DNA of 36,182 nucleotides from a virus (Duplodnaviria; Caudoviricetes), in the IMG/VR virus record IMGVR_UViG_3300011422_000012, positions 1-36,182 of that record; one strand, written 5' to 3'. Each line of letters starts with the position of its first letter. Position 1 is the stretch's first letter. Position numbers and translations under genes: made by a program. Under the pieces are notes generated by a model that saw only the letters and a list, made by a program, of their open reading frames with translations, was not told where the DNA came from and did no database searches. Below, piece after piece: positions 16,170-24,500 of this stretch.

Positions 16170-16478
16170 ATGCCGCATCTGACAGTGAAGAAGAAGGTGC
16201 CCGGGCTCATGCTCAATCCCGGCGAGGTCATCGTCGTCGGGCCGGGAGCTGCCGCGCAACTTCTCAGGAAGTTCAAGCGCTACCTCGTGGAGTCGGTGCC
16301 GGGCGACGATGAGCTGGTCCCCGATTGGGGTCCGCAAATCACGAACGAGGAACGCGCGGCGATCAAGATGAAGACCTGGCCGCTCCCGCCGGAGGAGCGC
16401 CGCAAGTTCAAGAAGCCGGAGCCCGGTAAGGGGCCGACCGTCGAGAACCGTTCTGCGAGGCCGGATCACCACCGATAA
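16170..16478 (+). CDS. small hypothetical protein following capsid gene
   Basis: MPHLTVKKKVPGLMLNPGEVIVV...AAQLL; AAAGGA upstream. Confidence 0.65.
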   Translation: MPHLTVKKKVPGLMLNPGEVIVVGPGAAAQLLRKFKRYLVESVPGDDELVPDWGPQITNEERAAIKMKTWPLPPEERRKFKKPEPGKGPTVENRSARPDHHR

Positions 16479-16481
16479 ACC

Positions 16482-17144
16482 ATGGGCTCGATCATTACGC
16501 GCGACTAACTCAAGGCTAAGCTCGTGATCGACGCTTCCGACAACTCTCGGGACGCCGAACTCGATCTTGCCATCTCGCAGACCGAGGGCGAGTTCGAGGC
16601 GGGTATCGGTCAGAAGCTGCTCGAAGCCGACTACACCGAGCGCCGAGTGGGGAATGGGAAAACCTATCTCCAACTCCGGTTCTATCCGGTCATCGACCTG
16701 ATCTCGGTCGTGATCGAGGGCGAGGCGGCAGTCGACGTGGGCGACCCCGCCGTGATTCGCGTTGCGGATGGAACCGACGGCCTGCCCTGGCTCGCGCTGA
16801 CCGGTGGCCGCGTCTTCCCGTATCCGCGGTTCCTGCGCGTGCCTAACGTGACGATCGAGTACGGCGCGGGCTACGCGGACCAGCAGGAGGTCAAGGATGC
16901 GCTGCCCGACGTCTGGAGCGGGGTCCTCGAGCACGCGTACATCTTGCTGCTAGGGAACGACACGCGGAAGAAGGCCAAGGTGTCGGAGTCGTTCATGGGG
17001 CAGGGATATACGACGTTTATGGATCCGATCGACAAGGAACACGAGCGTGGATGGCGGCGCCTGATCGAGAAGCATCGCCGCCGGCCGATCACGCGCATGG
17101 CCGCGCGGGCGCTGACCGTAACCTCGCGCTATGGGGTCTGGTGA
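16482..17144 (+). CDS. head-tail connector/adaptor (gp6/gp15-like) with in-frame TAA at codon 9
   Basis: MGSIITRD*LKAKLVIDASDNSRDAELDLAI..., LRFYPVIDLISV, VTIEYGAGY, LPDV; continuous ORF only from GTG 16524. Confidence 0.75.
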
Positions 17145-17737
17145 TGTCGATCACGATCCGCCAAAAGCCCGACTTCGCGAAGCGCGCAGAGATGCTCCGC
17201 CGGCTGAAGCTCGAAACGGTGCGCGAGTCGGTGAACGACATCGAGCGCGAGATCCTCACGCGCTATGCAGCGGGTACGGGGCCGGCAACGCTAGGTGTGC
17301 GGTCGAGTCGTCTCCGTTCTTCGGTGCGTCGGGAGATCAAGGCGGTCGGTCCGTGGCTCTCGGGGCGCGTGTTCATCGCAGAGAGCGGCGGAAACACCAT
17401 CCCGGTATATGCGCGCATTCTTGAAAAGGGCGGGACGATCAAGCCCAAGAATGGGCGCTATCTCTCCATCCCTATTGGTCCGCTTGCAAGAAGGTCGGGG
17501 CTGAGCCCCATGAACTTCCCCTTCGGATCGTTCTTCTTCCGGTCTAAGAAGGGGAATCTGATCTTTGCCGTACGCGAGCAGGTGACGCGCGGGAAGATGA
17601 CTCCGCTTTTCGTCATGAAGGAATCGGTGACGATAAAGGCGCGGCCGGTCTGGGGTGTGACGCGCGCGAATCAACTGCCGCGGTTCAGGGAGCGCGTGCG
17701 AGCCATGACCCACGCCGTGGCGCAGGGGAGAGCGTAA
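17144..17737 (+). CDS. neck/tail-completion protein (HK97 gp10-like)
   Basis: LGVRSSRLRSSV...YARILEKGGTIKPKNGRYLSIPI...VTIKARP; basic; TGATG-coupled. Confidence 0.75.
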   Translation: MSITIRQKPDFAKRAEMLRRLKLETVRESVNDIEREILTRYAAGTGPATLGVRSSRLRSSVRREIKAVGPWLSGRVFIAESGGNTIPVYARILEKGGTIKPKNGRYLSIPIGPLARRSGLSPMNFPFGSFFFRSKKGNLIFAVREQVTRGKMTPLFVMKESVTIKARPVWGVTRANQLPRFRERVRAMTHAVAQGRA

Positions 17738-18810
17738 TGGCGAGCTCACGCAGGCGCACGCACTTCATCATGCGGCACTTCCAGTCGGAGAAGGAAGTGT
17801 TCCAATGGCGGAGTTATCCGCCATTCGATGGGTTCGTTGTCAACATCCAGTACGACCGTGCGAACTATATCGCAGAGATCGCGCGCATGGTTCAGGCCGG
17901 GAAAAAATACTTCCGTTATTACTCGTCCATAGATTACCAGTTCTCGGCGACGAACTTCGGGGGATTAGACCCGCCCGACGAGGCGACGTTCTTCAACTGG
18001 ATTCGTGACAACGTGCAGTTCAACGGCTCTACGAGCTTTAAGCGCCTGCGCGTGCCGCCTACGGGCACGGGTGCTGCCGTGGGACTTTTCAACTTCTACA
18101 ATGCATTTGGTGTCGAGCGCCGCGAGTTGATCCCTTGGAAGGACGTCACCGGCACGCTCATGCAGTCGCTGGCACAGAAGATGGTGGACTTGGCCGGTGC
18201 ACCGGGCGGAGTCACGATTCCGTGCTCTGGGATCTTCCTCGACCAGACGTGGCTTGATCACGATACCTGGATGTATGCGACGAACATGGCGAGCGGGCAT
18301 GGCAACGTGAAGGAGACGGACGACCCCTATTTCACGCCGCTCGACTACACGACGGCGGCGACAAACTACGGCACGCCTTCTTCCGGGTGGGGCGATCACC
18401 GGGCGGCATTCATCGCCTTCGTGAATTATCTCCAAGCGCGGATGGCGGTGCAGAATCCCGCCGCGATCGTGCTCTCGAACGGCCAGCACAAGACATCCGC
18501 CGGCAGCACGACTGTGCCGAAGCCGTGGTTCATCGAGAACGCATGGAACAACGTCGCGGATGTTGGGCCAGACCAGCAAGCGGCGAATTGGGCGCAGGCC
18601 CAAGTGCACCGGCTTTCGGACTCGCGGAACGTGCTCAGTCTGACGACTTTTGGGGCGGCGAACGGAGCGACCGGGTGCCCTGAGATTTTAGCGTTCTGGA
18701 AGGCTAACGGTGGATGGTTGTCGATCAATGGTGATGGTTCACTAGCCGGGGAGATCAACCGCGAGACCGCCAATATGGATGCGGCAATGATGCAGGGCGG
18801 GCACTACTAG
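17737..18810 (+). CDS. putative TIM-barrel glycoside-hydrolase-like protein
   Basis: GIFLDQ, IVLSNG, WFIEN motifs; paralogous to 31264-32064. Confidence 0.5.
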   Translation: MASSRRRTHFIMRHFQSEKEVFQWRSYPPFDGFVVNIQYDRANYIAEIARMVQAGKKYFRYYSSIDYQFSATNFGGLDPPDEATFFNWIRDNVQFNGSTSFKRLRVPPTGTGAAVGLFNFYNAFGVERRELIPWKDVTGTLMQSLAQKMVDLAGAPGGVTIPCSGIFLDQTWLDHDTWMYATNMASGHGNVKETDDPYFTPLDYTTAATNYGTPSSGWGDHRAAFIAFVNYLQARMAVQNPAAIVLSNGQHKTSAGSTTVPKPWFIENAWNNVADVGPDQQAANWAQAQVHRLSDSRNVLSLTTFGAANGATGCPEILAFWKANGGWLSINGDGSLAGEINRETANMDAAMMQGGHY

Positions 18811-18811
18811 C

Positions 18812-19660
18812 ATGGCGAAGTGGATGAAGCAATCAGGAGTGGCGTTCTACACGCCGCTGATAGCGCAGTACCTGCACGAGCGCACGCGGAAGTGGTACGT
18901 GCGGCTCGAGCGCGCGAACGCCGCCGCACCGCTCTCGGTTAAGGTGTACGCCATCCAGGCGGACGCCGTCGCCAACAACGCGAGCAACTCAGGCGCGGGC
19001 TCGGTGGCCGCGACAGGCGGGCGGCTGAAGCTCGTGCTCACGGCTGGCCCGCAAGCGCCCTCTCTCGCTGGGGCCGTGCTCTACGTGCAGTTGAATGGCG
19101 ACGTGGCGCTCGCGATCGGGACGGCGCTCTGGGAGGTGGATCTTGGGAAGCAGATCGAGCGCGCCCACCTGTGGCTGCTGCGCGCCTTCTCGAAGATATC
19201 GACGGCTAACGGCTACTTCACGAACTTCGCGCACATCGAGCGCGGGCTGCGCACATGGGAGGACGCGAAGGAGAAGGGGCTCCTCCCGTATCTCGGCGTT
19301 GCGCAGACACGAATCGAGTGCGTGGACCAGATCATCGGCGGCGCCCCCCATGGGAGCTTGACCACGACGCTCTCCATCACGTGTGCTGCCTACGACGACA
19401 ACGTGCTCGGGCCGGAGGAGACGCACGACACCGACTCGGCGTTCGTGTTCCACGATCTCCGGCGCGCGATCAACGCGGCATACTCGGCGGATGGCGCCTA
19501 CGGCGGCTTGCAGGACGACAAGCAGGCGGTCGTGGCGTACAAGTTCAACGCCGGAGAAGCGGAACTAGGAATGGAGTGGGCGCGCCATAAGGGGCTGCTC
19601 TACTTCGAAGTCAGCCTCACCCTTAACGAGATGGGGCCAAGCGAAGTCTCTACAGGATAA
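18812..19660 (+). CDS. putative tail terminator with N-terminal extension
   Basis: Directly before tail tube; C-terminal half ISTANGYFTN...ERG...LPYLGV...DLRRAI pattern. Confidence 0.6.
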   Translation: MAKWMKQSGVAFYTPLIAQYLHERTRKWYVRLERANAAAPLSVKVYAIQADAVANNASNSGAGSVAATGGRLKLVLTAGPQAPSLAGAVLYVQLNGDVALAIGTALWEVDLGKQIERAHLWLLRAFSKISTANGYFTNFAHIERGLRTWEDAKEKGLLPYLGVAQTRIECVDQIIGGAPHGSLTTTLSITCAAYDDNVLGPEETHDTDSAFVFHDLRRAINAAYSADGAYGGLQDDKQAVVAYKFNAGEAELGMEWARHKGLLYFEVSLTLNEMGPSEVSTG

Positions 19661-19673
19661 AGGGGAAAACTGC

Positions 19674-19689
19674 GTGGCAACCGGGAAAG
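19674..19689 (+). promoter_or_regulatory. leader motif copy 3 (GTGGCAACCGGGAAAG) upstream of tail tube
   Basis: Exact 10-mer core; T19675 is 24 nt before GTG 19699; longest complementarity to 16012-16028. Confidence 0.75.
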
Positions 19690-19698
19690 TGACATGCA

Positions 19699-20862
19699 GT
19701 GGGTTCGCCTTCAGGACAGTATTCGCGGCTGTATTTCCGCAAGGAAGCCGTGCCCGGCACCTTCGCGGCGTTTTCGACAACGGCGGGGCTCAAGCTCTAT
19801 CAAGAGGAGTTTCAGCCGCGGCCGACCAAGACGCCGATCCGCTACCAGGAGAACAAGGGCGGCGTGATCTTCGACAACACGGACTTTACCCCGGGGCCGC
19901 AGGGCGTTACCGGGACGCTCCGCTTTGCGCTCCGCTACTCCGGCGTTCACGCCGTGATGATGGGGCACGCGCTCGGGCAGTTAGGAACGACCGGGCCGTC
20001 GGGCTCGCCGGCTGCGTACACGCATACAGCAGACGGCTCGGCGGGCACCCCGCCGGTACCTGGTAGATACAACTCGCTTTCCTTCCTGCATCAGCGGCCA
20101 ATCAATGATGCGGGAACGGTCTTCCGGCAAACGGAACTGCTCGGGGCGAAAATCGGGAGGATGCGGCTGACTCAGAGCGTCTCGCAGCCGTTCATCATTT
20201 GCGAGATGGACATCGTTGCGCAGGAAGCTAAGCATAACACGACTGCGGCAACGTCCCTTCCGCCTGATACGGGTACCGGATTTGCGCCGCACGAGGCGCT
20301 AGTCCAGACGTCGCACATCGTTGGCGCGAGCAATAATTGCTTTAGTTTCCAGTCGCGGTTAGGCACAACGACATCGACGGCAGTCTTCTTGCAACTCGAA
20401 GAATGGACGGTTGAGCTCAACAACTTCCCGGAGCAGCTCGGCGTGATCTCGAACATCAATCGGCAGTCGAACCCGGCGCGTGGTCAGGTGCGTGAGGTGT
20501 CGGGTTCGTTCGTGGTTGAGCAGGACGCGACGATTGACGAGATCGAGAAGGCATTCGGGAACACGGCGGCCGATCCGAACTCTGAAATCGCGATGACGTG
20601 GGCCTACGAGAATCCGGCGCAGATTCAGGAAGACTTTTCGATCCAGGTTTCTTCGGCGTACATCACGCAGCCCGAGCGCGGGACGTCTGGGACTGGACCG
20701 CAGCGGCGGCGTTACAACTTCACCGCGCACGGTGCTGGACCGAACGGAAACTGGCCGGGACCAACCCCGTTGAGGGTGACTGTCAAGAGCCTGATTGAAT
20801 TACCACCTTCCTCGGTGGATGGCCCCAAGTACGGAGATCACGTCACGGGCAACGGCGGCTAG
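19699..20862 (+). CDS. major tail (tube) protein
   Basis: SG..SRLYFRKE..PGT start, VTGTLRF, GAKIGRMRLT, WTVELNN, REVSGSF; precedes chaperone and tape measure. Confidence 0.8.
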   Translation: MGSPSGQYSRLYFRKEAVPGTFAAFSTTAGLKLYQEEFQPRPTKTPIRYQENKGGVIFDNTDFTPGPQGVTGTLRFALRYSGVHAVMMGHALGQLGTTGPSGSPAAYTHTADGSAGTPPVPGRYNSLSFLHQRPINDAGTVFRQTELLGAKIGRMRLTQSVSQPFIICEMDIVAQEAKHNTTAATSLPPDTGTGFAPHEALVQTSHIVGASNNCFSFQSRLGTTTSTAVFLQLEEWTVELNNFPEQLGVISNINRQSNPARGQVREVSGSFVVEQDATIDEIEKAFGNTAADPNSEIAMTWAYENPAQIQEDFSIQVSSAYITQPERGTSGTGPQRRRYNFTAHGAGPNGNWPGPTPLRVTVKSLIELPPSSVDGPKYGDHVTGNGG

Positions 20863-20885
20863 TTACTGAACCTGGAGGAATCACC

Positions 20886-21407
20886 ATGTTTCGGACCAAG
20901 GAAGTGGACCTAGGAGGCGATCTCCGGGCGGTCATACGCCGCCCGGATTTCGCCGTCTGGGTGCTCTACGAAGACTTGCTGTTCGACCGCTACGAAGCGG
21001 ACGAGGCAGAAGCCAAGATCTCGAACGAGGAGAAGATCATTCGCGCGCAGATGGAGCGCGAGGGGCAGAAGATCGACAAGGGTCCGCACGTGAAGAAGTT
21101 CACGGCGGAGAAGTCTCGGCGCATCTCCAAGTACGTGCAGGATGAATTACTCGTCGACGCGCTCGTAGCCCTCAAGGAGGGGGACGATCTGCACGTGTTC
21201 ATTCGGGAGGACGGGTCGCGGGTGCTCCCGCCCCCGATTGACTTCCGGGACATCGGCCCGCATCGGTGCATGGACATCGCGCATGAAGTGACCTTCTTCG
21301 TCTACGAGACACGGTCGCTTTCCTTTCGTGCGCGCCGGGAGGATACGCCCGGCAACAGCGAGGCGCCTGCTCTCGCTCTCGCGAGCGACGGGCCGGCGGC
21401 TCACTGA
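20886..21407 (+). CDS. tail assembly chaperone (G-like)
   Basis: Between tail tube and tape measure; GGAGG SD; acidic helical. Confidence 0.7.
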   Translation: MFRTKEVDLGGDLRAVIRRPDFAVWVLYEDLLFDRYEADEAEAKISNEEKIIRAQMEREGQKIDKGPHVKKFTAEKSRRISKYVQDELLVDALVALKEGDDLHVFIREDGSRVLPPPIDFRDIGPHRCMDIAHEVTFFVYETRSLSFRARREDTPGNSEAPALALASDGPAAH

Positions 21408-21579
21408 GATTCTCAACATGGAGGCGGGGGAGGTCCTCGCCGAGTTTGAGCTTGAGCGGATCGCCCGGGAGGAAGTGCTGGGCGATCTCCACGAGCGGAT
21501 GATCACGGCGCCCGAGGGTAGCTACTCGACGCGCGCGCTCGTGGTCGAGTTGCTTTTGAACGACATCATGGAGCGATAG
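21325..21579 (+). CDS. tail assembly chaperone extension (GT-like), probably reached by +1 frameshift
   Basis: +1 frame open 21292-21579, protein-like (RRLLSLSRATGRRLTEILNMEAGEVLAEFELE...), its TAG overlaps the tape-measure GTG; TCC TTT CGT at 21321-21329. Confidence 0.6.
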   Translation, partial: FVRAGRIRPATARRLLSLSRATGRRLTEILNMEAGEVLAEFELERIAREEVLGDLHERMITAPEGSYSTRALVVELLLNDIMER

Positions 21580-24500
21580 TGGCGGAACTGCTCGACATCG
21601 AAGTAAGGGTCAACTCGTCCGAGGGCGAGGCGTCCTTCGATCGGATGCGCGCGTCGATTGCGCGCATGGAGGAGGCGCTCAGCACCGGGCGGTCGGACCA
21701 GTTAATCAGTGCGACGGGTCGGGCTGCGGCGAACCTGGGGCGCGAGTCGAGTTCCGCCGGGCGCGGTGTTGAGCAGCTTGCGCAGTCGCTGAACACGGCC
21801 GCCCGCGGGGCGTCGAGCTTCGAGCGTGAGGCGGAGAAGTCCGCGCGCGCAGCGACAAAGCTCGAGCAAGAGATCGCGAAGGCGGGGGCGCAGGCGCGCG
21901 GTATCGGCCAGGCCGTGCCCGCGGTTACTGCCCTTGGTAGCGCGATTACCGGGCTCGTCACGGCCGCCGCCGGCTTCGTCTCTATTCGCCAGCTATTCGC
22001 GGCATTCGGTGAAGCCGATCGTGCCTTCGAGATGGCGCGCGCCTTCGACCTCTCGACCTCGAAGCTGATTCTCTGGAACCAGACGGCGAAGCAGTTCGGG
22101 GCGGATGCGACCGATGTCCAACAGGCGATGCGTGGGGTCTCGCAGTCGGTAGCCGATGCGCTCCGAGACCCCGGCGGGCAAGCCGCTCAGCGCTTCCGCG
22201 AACTCAAGATCGACGTCGATGCGCTCCGGGGCGTGTCGATTGACGAGGTGCTGCTACGCATCTCGGACGGGCTCTCGCAGGTTGACGACGCGGCTTCACG
22301 TACTGGCATTGCCGTGGACCTGCTCCACGTTCGGAATGCGAATCTGTTCTCGCTCCTGCGAGGGGGACGGAAGGAGATCGAGGCCACGATCGCGGAGCTC
22401 GCGAAGCTCGGCGTGATCTCGGACGAGGATGCGGCGGCCGCGGATCGGTTCGGGGACTCGATCGGTCGGACGCAACTCGCGATTACGGCGATGGTGTTGC
22501 ATGCGGCTCCGGCCTTCGCGACGCTCGCCGAGGCTATCGAGGGGATGACCGTCAAGACGGCCAACTTCCTCAAGGAATTGAACGAGGCGCGGAATGCCAA
22601 CGCGCCCCGCCAGCAACTTGAGACCGCGGCCGGTAAGAAGATCGAGACCCAGGTTGAGGTGATCGGCGAGGAGCAGGTCGAGCAACTCAAGACCCTGCTC
22701 GCGAGCCTCCCGCAAGCGCTGGCCGTAAGGATCGAGGGGATGGAGGATGCGGAGGACCTGGTCGCGGTCCTCGAGCGCATCCAGAAGCAGGGGCTCGGGG
22801 TCCGGGACCTCTTCGGCGACCTCGATACCGAGTTTCGGGAGAACCGCCAGGCGGACGCGCAGCGCCAGCGGCGGCAGCGGATCGAGGCGCTCCCGCCCGA
22901 GGCGCAGGTGGACGTGCGCCAGGAGACGCAGCGGCGGACCCAGGAGTTTGCCCAGGGACTGCCGCCGGCCGAGCGCCGGCAGGCGGCAACTGCCGCATCT
23001 CTCGGGCTCGACAACAAGGTTGACCAACAGCGGGCACGGATCGAGGCCGAGGTGCTCGCCGAGAAGGAGAAGCAGCTCGAGATCGAGAAGGCCAAGAGCG
23101 CCAAGAGCCCGCGCGAGGCCGCGATCGCGGAGCGGATCATTCAGCTCCAAGCGGAGGAGGAGCGACTTCGGGTCGACCGGATCGCGAAGCTCCGCCTGCA
23201 CGGCCCGGAGACCAAGCCGCCACCGGTACCACCTCCGGTGCCGCGCGCGCCGATTGAGCAGTTGTTGCAGCTTCGCCCAGGGCGGGACGAGGAGACGCGG
23301 CGCCGGAACCAGGAGATCCTCGACGAGCGGGAACGACCGCAGAACCTCCCGATCGACACGCACCTCACCCGCGACCGTCGTGGCGAGGTCACGTCTACGC
23401 AAATCGGCGAGATCCAGACCGATCGCGAGCGCGAGGAAGCTCGCCGGAAGTCGGCCGCTGCCCTTCGCCCCCAGGAGGTCGAGGAGCAGGCGGGGGCGCT
23501 GACCAAGCTACGGGACGTGATCTCCGATCTCGGGACGATCGCCAGCGCGACCAAGACCCGGATTGATGACCTGATCGTTGGCATGGGCTCGCTCGTCACC
23601 TCCCTGCTCAAGCTCGTGCAAGACCTCTCCCGGGCGCGGCCTGGCGTGGGTGGCGGCGACGTCACCGGGGAGATCGTGGAGACCGTGGACCTCGCCCGGG
23701 CGATCGGGCGGGAGGTCGGGGATTCGGTGCTGCCGCTCGTCGAGGCGGGGCAGAACGTGGCCGGCGCCGGATTCCGGGAGGACCAGCCGACCGCGGAGGA
23801 ACTCCGGGGCGTTGATCAGCCGATCGACCTCTCCCGGCAGTCGATTTTCCAGCTCGCCGATGCGGTCCAGCCTGGCACCGAGGAGGCTTCCCCGCTGCCC
23901 CAGGCGCAGCGATTGGCGGAGCGGGTGGCCCCACTACCGCCGCCGGCCGCGCAAGCCCCGGTAGCTCTCACCACGCGCTCTGTGCGCGCCCTGGGGGAGG
24001 AGATTCGGACGGAGGCGGAGGTCGCCGCGGCGGTGCCCCGCCCCGAGGCCGAGACGAGAAAGCTGGCGGAGGCGCTACGACCCGCGGCCCAACCCGAGGC
24101 ACGCGCCGGTATCCCCGCGGTTGTCCAGCGCCCCGCCGGCCCAGCAGTTGGCCCCTTGCAGGAGCTCCGAGCCACGGCCGCGGGCCGTGAGCGTGAGACG
24201 GGGCGCGTGCGTGAGTCGTTCGGCCCGGCAGAGAGAGCGGAGCAGGCTGCGACGGCACGATCTGAGCAGCTTGGCCGTGAGCTTGAGCCGGTAGTCGAAC
24301 GGCTCCGCGCGCCGCTTGAGGGGCAAGTCAAGCCCGAAGCGGTGCAAGAACTCCCCGGCATTCTTGCACCGGAGCGGCCGGCTCTACCGGAGCTACCGGA
24401 TCTCCGCCTCAAGCCCCAGAAGGTGCAACTCGAGGCGCCGGAGGTCCAGCTACCGCCGGCCAGGCGCGTGCCGGTGGAGCCCGAGCGGATTCGCCCGGCC

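Noticed and set aside
15950-16170. tRNA, tmRNA, SRP RNA or a protein-coding ORF (15976-16182) in the post-capsid gap
   Set aside because: No T-loop/CCA cloverleaf, tag reading frame or SRP loop motif seen; the ORF has no SD or recognisable features and overlaps the paired arms.
19674-20066. 130-aa ORF starting at the GTG inside the motif
   Set aside because: Overlaps the tail tube gene out of frame; the equivalent frames at the other motif copies give unrelated short peptides.
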